Source of the DNA: Octopus vulgaris
Lineage: Eukaryota
Length of the DNA stretch: 64,000 nucleotides
Reading direction: 5' to 3'
NCBI GenBank assembly: GCA_951406725.2
Contig: OX597816.1
Coordinates: forward strand, 115,258,001-115,322,000
Part shown: positions 41,918 to 54,675 of the stretch, piece after piece
Position numbering within the stretch: the first letter of the stretch is position 1
Layout of the letters: every line of letters starts with the position of its first letter
The notes under the pieces: generated by a model
Database searches by the model: none
The model's input: the letters and a program-made list of their open reading frames with translations, nothing else
What the model was told of the DNA's origin: nothing
Translations under genes and position numbers: made by a program

Positions 41918-41921
<4 letters not shown>
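41392..41921. repeat. inverted repeat (arms about 41392-41515 and 41788-41921) containing a hammerhead-like motif
   Basis: AAATCAAAATAAGCAACAGGATATCAAGA... versus its reverse complement; right arm ATGTAG-CTGATGA-57 nt-GAAA-TAGTCG-TA-CTGCAT. Confidence 0.8.
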
Positions 41922-41956
<35 letters not shown>

Positions 41957-42376
41957 TTGAGGTTTATTCAGTTAAGAATGTATTAGATTCAAAGGAGCTA
42001 GTTGGATGTGAAAGCATCAAAATCAAACATTTATGGAGACAGCGACTATATATCACCTGAGGAGATACAACTAGGTTCTATTATGCAGGTAAACTGTTAC
42101 TTAATTTAAATTTGAATCCTGTATATATGTGTGGACCTATGTTGTAGTGGTTATGAAACAACTGTCAAATCATACTCCTTCTTCCTTGTAACTCTATTTA
42201 TTCTTTATTTTATATATATGTGTATGTATATCTATATATATATACATATATATTTATATTTATATTGATATTTACCTATATATTATTCTTAAATATGGAT
42301 ATTATTGACAGTGAGTTAGATGTTTCAGCCAGTTCACCGAACACCAGACTGCAATGCACTGAAGTATGCATATACA

Positions 42377-42410
<34 letters not shown>

Positions 42411-42423
42411 CACATACACACAC

Positions 42424-42456
<33 letters not shown>

Positions 42457-43335
42457 CATACATAACATACTTACATACATGACATTCATACATGCATGCA
42501 TAACGTACATAAATTCGTAATTATTTAGTTAGAAAATGGAATAATTAGAATAATAAATAGAATAAATTTCGCTTAGATATGCAGAAAGAAGCATTTTGTA
42601 AGATAACATTTATACAGCTTCATCAGATAATAAAACAAGAGATCTTTAATCAATTAGTCTGCATAAACAATCCACTTGTAATAAAAGAATTCTTTTGGAG
42701 TGTCAACATGTCTATCTGGAGGCATGTGTGTCTATACAGAATGGATCCTGTCGTATGCTCCCTCATACGTTTGTGTAACTGTCTCACAACCTATCCACTT
42801 AATGCTTTCCTCTGCTGGTCATAAATCTGTTGATATTGAGAGTTATTTTGAGAGGTGTTATTATACCTTGATTAACAGATGCTTAGTGACTTGGCCGTGT
42901 GTCTGTATACAAGTGTGCATAAGTACCTGTGTGTATATATATATATATAAGTGCATATGTGTATGTATATATATGTGTGTGTTTATGTATGTATCTATGT
43001 ACGTATATATATATACGCACATACATACATATATTCATACATACATGCATATATATTTATGTATGTGTGTGTGGATGTGTACATAGGTGCTTGTGTGTTG
43101 TTACATCTGTATGCATGTATGTGTATGTAAGAGTATACATATAAACACATACACAAGCACACATACACACACTCACTCAAACACAAGCAGATATATATAT
43201 GTACATAGATATATGTGTGTGTGTGTGTGTGTGTGTGTATACATGTGTGTCTGTATGAATATATGTATATGTATGTATAAATATCTATATCTATGTCTAT
43301 ATCTATATCTATATCTGTCAATCTATTTATCTGTC

Positions 43336-44075
43336 TATGAAGCTAGCATGATCTGCTGGATGTGTAATGTCAGTATGCACACATGACAGAGTGTAAGCAC
43401 CCTGAGAGAAATGTTGGACATAAGAAGCATCAGATGTAGCGTGCAAGAGAGATGTTTGTGCTGGTACGGTCATGTACTATGGATGGATGAGGAGAGATGT
43501 GTGAAGACGTGCCACTACCAAACAGTTGAAGGAATCCAGGGCAGAGGTAGACCCAGGAAGACATAGGATGAGGTGATCAAGCATAACCTTTGAACATTGG
43601 GCCTCACAGAGGCAATAACAAAAGACCAAGACCTCTGGAGATATGTTGTGACTGTGAAGACCCAACAAATAAAGTGAATCCATGGCGTATCCTACACCAG
43701 CTTCAGCCCATTCAAAGTACCTTGGATCATAGGACGACCTGCTGTGCTTACCTATTGAGTCAAGTACATCAACATCAACATCAAAATAGTAATCAAATGG
43801 AAATTGTAGTTGCGATAGCCATGTTGGTGGCACGTAAAAAGCACCAACCAATCATGGCCGTTGCCAGCCTCCTCCGGCCCCTGTGTTGGTGGCATGTAAA
43901 AGCACCCACTACACTCACGGAGTGGTTGGAGTTAGGAAGGGCATCCAGCTGTAGAAACACTGCCAGATTAAACTGGAGCCTGGTGTAGCCTCCTGGTTTC
44001 TCAGACCCTGGTTGAACCGTTGAACCCATGCTAGCATGGAAAACGGATGCTAAATGATGATGATGATGATGATAT
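43336..44075 (+). mobile_element. 5'-truncated RTE LINE with 3'UTR and (GAT)n tail
   Basis: EASMICWMCNVS..LREMLDIRSIRCSVQERCLCWYGHVL..VEGIQGRGRPRKT*DEV..DLWR; 3'UTR GGTTGGAGTTAGGAAGGGCATCCAGC. Confidence 0.88.
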
Positions 44076-44086
44076 ATACTTATATA

Positions 44087-44166
<80 letters not shown>

Positions 44167-44290
44167 TACCCGTACGCACACACATATGTGCATACACTCA
44201 CGCACAAACACTCCTGTATGTAAGTATATATGTACATATAAATGTGCATGCGTACATATATACATATATATGTATGTATATGTGTATATA

Positions 44291-44341
<51 letters not shown>

Positions 44342-44536
44342 GTGTCACAATGTGTATGTGTGTGTATGCGTGTGTGTGTGTGTGTATGTATAAACAGGTG
44401 GGTTGATAGCAATATATAAGTTGCATGTCATAATGATGTAATTCATTTCTACATTATTCATTGTGTGTGTCTGTTTGTTAATAATTAGAACGTGTATGTG
44501 CATGTGTGGATATCTATCTATCTTTCTATCTATCTA

Positions 44537-44600
<64 letters not shown>

Positions 44601-44601
44601 A

Positions 44602-44640
<39 letters not shown>

Positions 44641-45039
44641 AATCTATCTATCTATCTATCTATCGCTCATCTGTTTTCCATGCTGGAATGATATATATAT
44701 ATACATACACATATATATACACACATATTTATGCATGCATGTATATATATGTAGTAGGTATATGTGTATATGTATATTTGTGATAGGAATATAATGCTTA
44801 TGTGCAGTAGCTGCAATGAAAAGATGGTGCACTAATCATATATTCTTATTTTGTGTAGATTTTAATTAGTATTTCTCACTGTTCTATGTATGTATGTATA
44901 ATATATAGTAAATGTAATGTGTGTGTGTAATGAACTCTCAGCTTATTGTATAGTAACAGTTTCAACGGTTGCAGTCTGAAATTGATAGAATCCTCTCATG
45001 CATGCATGTTTGCATGTGTGTATATATATATGCCTATAT

Positions 45040-45073
<34 letters not shown>

Positions 45074-45179
45074 ACCCACACACACATATATACAGATAGA
45101 CAAAGGTATATATATATATTTGCACATGTAGGTGTTTGTACATATACATATACATACACATGTATGTATACATATACAA

Positions 45180-45246
<67 letters not shown>

Positions 45247-45917
45247 TATATATATATGTATAGATATACATATGCATATATGTATATGTCTGCTTACATT
45301 GAAATATGCCCACATGTGTATGTATGTGTTGATGAAGTGATATTAATGATAATAATATTGATAGTGTAATGTTTGTGGAAAGTAAGGTGTTTCTGCATTC
45401 TTTTGCATATGTGCATGTGTCTGTGAGCATGCACATATGTGTGTAATGATTGAATGTATGTGCACATATGCCTATGTATTGTGTGTTACCAGTGAACACT
45501 GTGTGTTAGCAGGATGATGCATGCTTGTATCTGTCTAGTATTTGGTGAATGGGTGCTTGGTGAGAAGTAAAGTGGTCGACATCTTTTGTTTCATAGTGTT
45601 TCATTACAGAAGAAATACAATCAAAATAATTAAGCTTTTGTTAATCAGAATGGATTTGTTCTATTTCAAGCAAAATTAAAATAAAACAAAAACAAAAAAA
45701 TATTGTTAATTTAAGATTGATTCTTAATGAGCAGGACCTAAAACCAAAAACATAGAACAATTTGACTCTTGAAACTTTATAAAGTTTATTCACAAAATAA
45801 ATGATTAAATAAACACAGTAATAATATATCTATAATATATAGGCCAATAGAGTTAAACTAGCCAATGGATTAAACATTTAATCATGCAGAAAATTTGAAT
45901 CTTTTGATGTTTTAAAC

Positions 45918-46080
45918 CAGTGGCTTTCAACTGGGGTCCATTTTACCCTGGAGATGAGTGGATTGACATACGATTTTGTGGGGTACCCACAAGCAAAATA
46001 ATAAATTGGGGATACACAGTAGTAGTTTAAGGCTCCATGAAAAGTTCTGATTTAGATGTATCTATTGCAAGAAACAGTAA
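45918..46080. mobile_element. possible hAT-type MITE end
   Basis: CAGTGGCTTTCAACTGGGG resembles Charlie-type TIRs; no matching second end found. Confidence 0.3.
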
Positions 46081-46840
46081 GATTACATTCATTCATAAGG
46101 TATACATACATTCATAAACATATGGAAATGTACACATGCACATGTATATATGCTACAATATTCAAGTTGATATACTCACAAAAAGCATACAGAATATGTG
46201 CAGGAGAAGTTAGAAAGGAAGTAATAGAAGAGGAAACAGTAGAGGTAGTCATTCAGATCTTTGTGTTTGCTGATGTGTGTATGTGAAACACAATTCATAT
46301 TTCTTCCATTTATTTAGATTTTATTTATTTCTATCTTTTAGTCTGGAGAGAATTCCATACCCCTGAGTCTTAGCAGCAATGTAGGCACTAGGCTGTATAG
46401 TATCTATTTATTGACAGCATATATAGATCAGAAGGGGCTCCTTGATCCATAAGGCCCTTGGGCAAATCAGTGCAATAAGACCTTCTTTATTTATTTATTG
46501 ACAGCAAGTCACAACTTACACAAATCAGAATTAGGTCTGTAGATCCATGTAGCTCCCAGTTAAATCAATGCGCCAGGTCTTTTAGCATATATTTCTTGAC
46601 AGTAAGCAACAGCATGCAAAGATTAGAATTAGGCTTCTTGAATCCTGATGCTCTTTGGCAAGTCAATACACTGGACTCTAAAGTATTTACTTATAGACAA
46701 GCCACAGCATACAGAGACAAAATTGGGGGCCTAAACGAGGTTGTGGTGGTGAACATGTAAAATCAAGCTTGGACAGGAGACAGACCAGAACACGTCTTCC
46801 TTGTCCTAGCTACAATGGAGGAAAAGAAAGTTAGGAGAAG

Positions 46841-47139
46841 AAAGAAAGATGGTCAATGGTCACGTGGGAGCCACGTGAGCAAAGGAGGAGGAGTAAGGGA
46901 CAGGGAGTGACAGAGTAATAGGATAGAATAGTGGGGGAAGAGGAGGTAAAAAAATAAGAGAGAGAAAGAGAGAAAAACGAAAGAGTAAAAAGATCGTATA
47001 GAGTGCAGATAGATAGAGAGAGAGAGAGATAGTTATATACACAATGACACACAAACACACATATGTATACAGTGACACACACACACACACATATATTTAT
47101 ATATCTATCTATCTATATCTATATCTATCTATCTATCTT

Positions 47140-47171
<32 letters not shown>

Positions 47172-47495
47172 GAAAGATAGATAGATAGATATAGATATAG
47201 ATATAGATAGATATATAAATATATATGTGTGTGTGTGTGTGTCACTGTATACATATGTGTGTTTGTGTGTCATTGTGTATATAACTATCTCTCTCTCCCT
47301 CTCTCTAACTATCTATCTATCTATCTGCACTCTATACGATCTTTTTACTCTTTCGTTTTTCTCTCTTTCTCTCTCTTATTTTTTTACCTCCTCTTCTCCC
47401 ACTATTCTATCCTATTACTCTGTCACTCCCTCTCCCTTACTCCTCCTCCTCCTTTGCTCACGTGGTTCCCACGTGACCATTGACCATCTTTCTTT
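46841..47495. repeat. near-perfect ~650 bp palindrome centred on (CT)n(TA)n
   Basis: Arm 46841-47142 is the reverse complement of 47171-47495 apart from a few substitutions and microsatellite length changes; the ORF track shows mirror peptides at 46831..47088(-) and 47229..47483(+). Confidence 0.95.
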
Positions 47496-47980
47496 ATATA
47501 TATATGTATGTATATATATACGAAAAATAGAAGTCGAAAATTCACTGAGAATAGTTAAATTACGTTTTATTCAAATATTTGTAGATTTAACCGGCTTCAC
47601 AGTTTTCACTGATTTTCAAAATGATGGGCTTCTTCCAGTTTCCATCTATGTAATCTACTTACAAGGCATTAATCAGCCCAAGGCTATAGTATAAGCCACT
47701 TATTCAAACTGTAATTTCAGTGGGGCTGAACCTGGAAACATGTGATTGAGAATCAAGCTTCTTACCATGCAGTCTTGCGTGCACCTCACAAAATCATAAG
47801 CATAAAGCAGTGCTCCAGCATGACTGCAGTCACATGAGTGAAATGAGTAAAAAAATAAAGTTAAAGAATATATACTGACATATCTTACTGGATATAACTA
47901 TCTATCTATCTATCTATCTGTATATATATATATATATATATTCAACAGATTTTGTTGAATTTTCTGCTGCTTAAAATAAA

Positions 47981-48057
<77 letters not shown>

Positions 48058-48079
48058 TATATATATATATGTGTGTGTG

Positions 48080-48110
<31 letters not shown>

Positions 48111-48743
48111 CATCATCATATATATATATGTATATACATATATATACATACATATATATACACTCACACACACACATACCAATATAAGAATATGTGCATA
48201 ATGTTTCTACCACAACCCTCTGCCAAAAGCTCAATACTTTTTTTATACATTTACCAATCACTAAACTAAATACTAATCTACAGATGTGATCATGCATTCT
48301 CTCCTCCTCTTCCTCTATCTTCTTTTGGCTTCACCCATCTCTTTCTCCATCTCCTCAACACTCTACTTTTTTCGTTTTCTATTTTCCCTAATTTATCATT
48401 GCAAATGCTGTTGCTGTCCCTGCCGCTGTCTTGTTATGATTATGCTTGTTGATATTGCTGTTTCATTCTTACTTGATTAAGGCTTCATAAAGGATTCTTT
48501 CTGTGTTATTGCTATTGTTGTTATCCTTCTTCATATTATTGTTGCTGGTGTTATTCTTGGTGAGTTGACTCTTACTTGATTAAATTTGTGCAGAGTGCTT
48601 TCTTTTCTAACTTAGTTTTACAGTCTCTATCCATCCATCGAGCCATCGAGCCAGCCAGCCATCCATCCATCCATCCATCAATTCATCTGTCTGTCTGCTT
48701 GCTTGTCTGTCTGTCTGTCTATCTATCTACCTATCTATCTGTC

Positions 48744-48799
<56 letters not shown>

Positions 48800-48825
48800 A
48801 TATCTTATCTATCTATCCATCTCCG

Positions 48826-48908
<83 letters not shown>

Positions 48909-48909
48909 G

Positions 48910-48972
<63 letters not shown>

Positions 48973-49280
48973 GTCTATCTATCTATCTAACTATCTTATC
49001 TGTCTGTGTATCTATCTATCTATCTGTCTATCTATCTATGTGTGTGTGTATCTGTCTAACAATCTGTATATGTATATATTATTTAATTATTTATATATTT
49101 ACCTACTTATCTTATGGTACCTGTCTAACTTGCAGTCTACTAATTCTGGGTGTGTGTGTGTGTGTGTGCGTGTGTGTGTGCATGTCTGAATATGTGTGCA
49201 TATATATCAACAAATCGTGTGTGATGTTAAAAAGTGTAGGCCTCAATATTATTGGAAATAGAGGACTATATTCATTGAAT

Positions 49281-49485
49281 GATACAGTGATAAAGACTCA
49301 CATACAGAGCTTTAAGTTTCTATATCAATGATATGATGATTGCTGCACTCCTTCAGCTGTTGCAAGACTATTGCAAACACATAAAATAATATAAATTGAC
49401 ATTTAGCAACTGAAGAAGTGCAGTGATTATTGTATCAATGACACAAAAACTTTAAGTCCTGTATATGAGTCTTTATAACTGTATC
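49281..49485. repeat. inverted repeat (arms about 49281-49363 and 49406-49485), each arm a decayed hammerhead-like motif
   Basis: GATACAGTGATAAAGACTCA... versus ...TGAGTCTTTATAACTGTATC; arm consensus ACAG-CTGAAGA-AGTG...CACA-GAAA-CTTWAAG-TC-CTGT. Confidence 0.75.
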
Positions 49486-49704
49486 TCTTTTACTTGTTTC
49501 AGTAATTTGACTGTGGCCATGCTGGAGCATTGCCTTTAGTCAAGTAAGTCGACCCCAGGACTTATTCTTTGTAAGCCTAGTACTTATTCTATCGGTCACT
49601 TTTGCCGAACCGCTAAGTTACGGGGACGTAAACACACCAGCATTGGTTGTCAAGCAATGTTGGGGGGGGGGGAAACAAACACAGACACACAAACATATAC
49701 GCAC

Positions 49705-49758
<54 letters not shown>

Positions 49759-49915
49759 GGCTTCTTTCAGTTTCTGTCTGCCAAATCTACTCACAAGGCT
49801 TTGGTCGCCTGAAGGCTATAGAAGAAGACACTTGCCCAAGGTGCCATGCGGTGGGACTGAACTCGGAACCATGTGGTTGTTAAGCAAGCTACTTACCACA
49901 CAGCCACCTCTATGC
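49486..49915 (-). mobile_element. SINE family 1 copy (extra head fragment at about 50030-50195)
   Basis: Reverse complement matches 30513-30957. Confidence 0.88.
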
Positions 49916-51764
49916 CTATGCATGCATGTATGCATACATACATACATACATACATACATACATACATACACACACACACGCACATACATACATACATACA
50001 TACATACATACATACATACATGCATACATACAATGGGCTTCTTTCAGTTTCTGTCAATCAAATCCATCTAACAAGACTTCTGTCAGTCTGAGGCTACAGA
50101 AAAGGAGACTTGCACAGGGTGTCACACACTGACACTGAACCCAGAACCATGTGGTTGGGAAGCAAGCTTTTTACCACACAGCTATACCTGCACCTATACA
50201 TATGTAAAAAAAAAAAAATCTTGTCTTAGATCTTTCACACACATGTGCACATACATAGATATATTTATCCACCCATACACAAACACGCATGTATACTTAT
50301 GTTTACCCCCCATTCACAACATTTGCTGAGGAGTAATCACAGCTAATCTCAAGAAATAATAGTTTCTACAGCAATAAGATGAAATTGGAGGAAGAAATCA
50401 AAGGAAATGAAAAGCAAAAAGTTACATTGTGAGACAACTGATGGTGTTGTGTAATGGTGTGTGTGTGTGTGTCTTATATTTATGCATGTGTACATATGTA
50501 TACAAACTAGCACATATGTATTCACACATGCACACACACAGAGGCACACTTTTATATATGCATGCATGTGTGTATATGTGTGAGTGCTTATAAATGTGTG
50601 TGTGTATTTATATAAATAGATATATATGTATATATATGCATATGTAAAGATGCATATATATATTCAAATATCAGATCCACGTATTTATACATATACATAC
50701 GTATATATAGACACATACATAAATCATACATATATAGGTGTGTATATCATCATCATCATCATCATATATATATATATATATACACATACACACACACATA
50801 TATATAATAAATATATACACGTACATATATGTATATTTACATATATATATGTATACGTATATATGTATACGTATATATGTATACACACATGCACTCACAC
50901 ACACGCATGTATATAAATATAAATATATATATATATATAAACACACACACATACATACGCATACACACGTATAATTAAACACTCACATATATATTTGACT
51001 TCTGACATACAAAGATAATAAACACACCTTGACAATGGGTCGTATACACACCCAACGGCAGATACTAAGACACACATAACCACCGATCAGTGAATCTAAT
51101 TTGTCTACTTGAAGAAGACGTAAGGAAATGAAATATTCTAAAGACTGGTGCAATCGGGAACAAATTAAGAATTTACCTGTGACTACTTCCTTCCGGTTTC
51201 TCTGCCCTTCTTTGGAAATGGTTCTGACTAAATACTCTGTGTTGGCAATGATGATTGGTTTGAGAGAGGAGGATGTGTAGTACAATGGGTAATATAGTTC
51301 TGTTGCTTTTTTTTATTATTATATATGTAAGTCTTCGTATATAATGTTTGTGTGTGTTTCTATATATGTGTTTCTGTTTGCTTCTTTAATATAATATATC
51401 TATAATAAAGCACTGATATTATGGCCACCATCACCACCACCAACATTACGACCATCACCAACACTAATGCCACCATTACCACCACCACCGCCACCACCAT
51501 CACTATCACCACTGTCTACAACTATACTACCAATACAACCAACGTCAACACTGATACAACTACAATCACTACTGCTGTCACAAACATCACCACCATCCTC
51601 CTCCTCCTCCTCTTCCTCCTCACCATCAGTGTTATCATCACCTGAACCCTTGTATTTAAAAAAAAACAATATATATGCAAGTACACATTAATATATATGC
51701 ATTCAGACACACATATATACCCCACCAAACACTCACACATAAATATACACACACATACTTTTTA

Positions 51765-52124
51765 CTCTCTCTCTTTTACTCTTTTACTTGTTTCAGTCAT
51801 TTGACTGCGGCCATGCTGGAGCACCACCTTTAATCGAGCAACTCGACCCCGGGACTTATTCTTTGTAAGCCCAGTACTTATTCTATCGGTCTCTTTTGCC
51901 AAACCGCTAAGTTACGGGGACGTAAACACACCAGCATCGGTTGTCAAGTGATGTTGGAGGGGACAAACACAAACGCACAAACACACACATACATATATAT
52001 ATATACATATATACGACGGGCTTCTTTCAGTTTCCGTCTACCAAATCCACTTACAAGGCTTTGGTCGGCCCGAGGCTATAGATACTTGCCCAAGGTTCTA
52101 CTTACCACATAGCCACTCCTGCGC
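51765..52124 (-). mobile_element. SINE family 1 copy, CpG-rich, internally deleted in the head
   Basis: Reverse complement matches the family; B-box region missing at about 52095. Confidence 0.85.
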
Positions 52125-52242
52125 TATAAATAGATACATCTTACAAAAAAAGAAATTTAAAATTCATTAATGTTTTGTGTAAAAGCATAAACATCATAAA
52201 AGAACATTTCCAGAGCTGTTAGTCAATAAGAGGCAATGAAAT

Positions 52243-53043
52243 GGTGGCAAGCTGATGGAAATGTTAGCAGACCGGTTGAAATGCTTAGCGGTATTTCATT
52301 TGTCCTTATGTTCTGAGTTCAAATTCCACCGAGGTCGACTTTGCCTTTCAATCCTAATGTGGTCAATAATTTAAGTACCAGTTGCATACTGGGTTGATCT
52401 AATCGACTGGCCCCCTTCACAAAAATTTCAGGCCTTGTGTGTAGAGTAGAAAAGAATAAGAGGCACTGAGGTTGATGTAATTAACTCATCTCAAGCTGTC
52501 CTTATGGCAAAAATTTGAAATAATAATAAAAATAACAACAACAACAACAAAAACAATAATAACAATAATGATAATAATAATAATTAAAGCACCCACTACA
52601 CTCGCGGAGTGGTTGGCGTTAGGAAGGGCATCCAGCTGTAGAAACACTGCCAGATCAGACTGGAGCCTGGGGCAGCCCCTGGCTCCCCAGACCCCGGTCG
52701 AACCGTCCAACCCGTGCTAGTGCGGAAAACGGACGTTAAACGATGATGATGATGATGATGATTATTATTATTATTATTATCATCAAGATGACGAGCTGTC
52801 AGAATTGTTAGCACACCAAGTGAAATGCTTAGCAGTAATTTGTCTGTCACTTTGTTCCGATTTCAAATTCTGCTGTGGTCAAGTTTGCCTTTCATCCCTT
52901 TGGGGGTCAATAAATTAAGTACTAGTCAAGTATTGGAGTCGAGGTGATTGACTATCACTCCTCCCTACAAATTCCAGGCCTTGTGCCTATAGTAGAAAGG
53001 ATTATTATTATTATGATTATTATTATTATTATTATGATTATTA
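52243..53043 (+). mobile_element. cluster: family 2 SINE (52243-52458), RTE tail (52587-52760), family 2 SINE (52785-53000) with (ATT)n tail
   Basis: Family motifs as above. Confidence 0.8.
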
Positions 53044-54402
53044 CTTTTTTTTTTCTTCTTTCAAATTTGCTTCCATTTCTTGCCGAGTGTCTTCCCGACT
53101 CCTAGGGCAAAGAAACTCATAGTATACAATGGTAGGCCATTAAACCAAACTCAGTAGATCGTTCATTTTTTTTTTTTTTTTTTTTTTAAGTTAAATTAAA
53201 ATACATGAGCAGCAACAGTTCTCACATCGACAATGCTCTTCTCAATACGTGTGATGTACCAGTTAAGACAATCTTTTGCACTTCTTGCAGGGATGGTAAG
53301 CCAGGGATCATTCTCATATAATTTTCGGTTCCCTTCTTGATCATTCCTAGTGCTCCTACGATCACTGGTATTGTAACCGCCTTGAGATGCCACATTTTCT
53401 CAATTTCAATGAGTAGGTCTTTATATTTTCTGAGCTTGTCAAACTCTTTCGCTGAGATATTATGATCACAGGGGATACTCATGTCGATCAATAAGCAAAC
53501 TTTATTGTTTTGGTCTTTCACAACAATATCTGGTTTATTGGCCTTGATGGTTCGGTCTGTATGTATTGGAAAGTCCCACAGAATGGTTACATTTTCTCCT
53601 TCAGTTACAGCTTCAGGGTGGTGATTATACCACTTGTCGGCAGTTTTGATATTGTAATGCCGACTTATTAGCCAGTGGAGATATTGGCCAACTCTGTCAT
53701 GTCTTAATTTATACTCCACTGGTGCTAAGACTTTACATCCAGAGATTAGGTGGTCCACTGTTTCAATCATGTTGTTGCAGAATCGGCATTTGGAGTCTGC
53801 TCCATTTTTCATCACATTGGCCTGGTAGTTCTGGGTTAATAGGCTTTGATCTTGAGCAGCCAGGATGAAACCTTCGCTCTCTGCTTTTAGCCCTGAGCTC
53901 CGTAGCCACTGATGGGTTTGCTTCTGGTCAACATCAGCTTGTTTGCTGCGGGTCACATATTTGCCGTGCAGAGGTTTCTCCTCCCACCTATCAGCCAATT
54001 GCTCGTGCGCTTTTTTCATTGCCATCATTTTTACCTTCTTTGCAACAATAGTTGCCGTACTTCCCTCGGGTTGTTCAGTTTGGGTATCCTGCACGAGATC
54101 AATAGCAAATTTTTTGCTTTCCTTTATGATAGAATGAAGCTTCTTTCGTCTCTCGTGATTTTCCATGAGCTTTAGCATCCAGTCATTCGATATTTCGAGA
54201 TATTTGGCCAGTCCAATTGTGGTTGTTTTGTAAGCTAGTTCAAATTGGATCAGGTCTCGACCTCCTTGGGCTCTGGGAAGGTAAAGGCGATCTACGTCTG
54301 CCTTTGGGTGGTGCATCCTATTACAACTCAGCAGCTTGCGTATTTTTCTATCTATATTCTTTACTTCACTCATATTCCAGTTCAACACATTGTAGCTATA
54401 AG
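53044..54402 (-). mobile_element. young 5'-truncated R4/Dong-clade non-LTR retrotransposon inserted in (TAA)n
   Basis: Uninterrupted ORF remnant plus about 180 bp 3'UTR; ATT/TAA runs at 53001-53043 and 54403-54513. Confidence 0.9.
53222..54402 (-). pseudogene. R4/Dong ORF C-terminal ~390 aa (RT thumb, CCHC knuckle, restriction-like endonuclease)
   Basis: HHPKADVDRLYLPRAQGGR, KPLHG, AAQDQ, CRFC..ETVDHLISGC, RHD, WD..TDRTIKANKPDIV, LLIDMSIP, KLRKY, PVIVGALG; no genuine start codon. Confidence 0.92.
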
Positions 54403-54422
54403 TAATAATAATAATAATAATA

Positions 54423-54493
<71 letters not shown>

Positions 54494-54675
54494 CATTATT
54501 ATTATTATTATTAAGGTGGCAAGCTTGCAGAATTGTTAGTATACCAGGCAAAATGCTTAACATTTCATCTGTCTTCGTGTTCTGAGTTCAAATTCCACCA
54601 GAGTCGACTTACATATATTCATACACATATCACTGAACATATTTTTGAATGTAAGAATGTAATTGAAGGTATCTA

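Noticed and set aside
46370-46720. Repeat-spacer appearance suggestive of a CRISPR array
   Set aside because: The units are degenerate along their whole length, the context is eukaryotic, and there are no cas genes
51100-51150. TTGAAGAAGAC...GAAA possible hammerhead
   Set aside because: No stem I or stem II pairing could be built
54403-54496. Poly-Ile N-terminus and start codon of the 424 aa ORF
   Set aside because: This comes from the flanking (AAT)n target, and the retroelement ORF is 5' truncated
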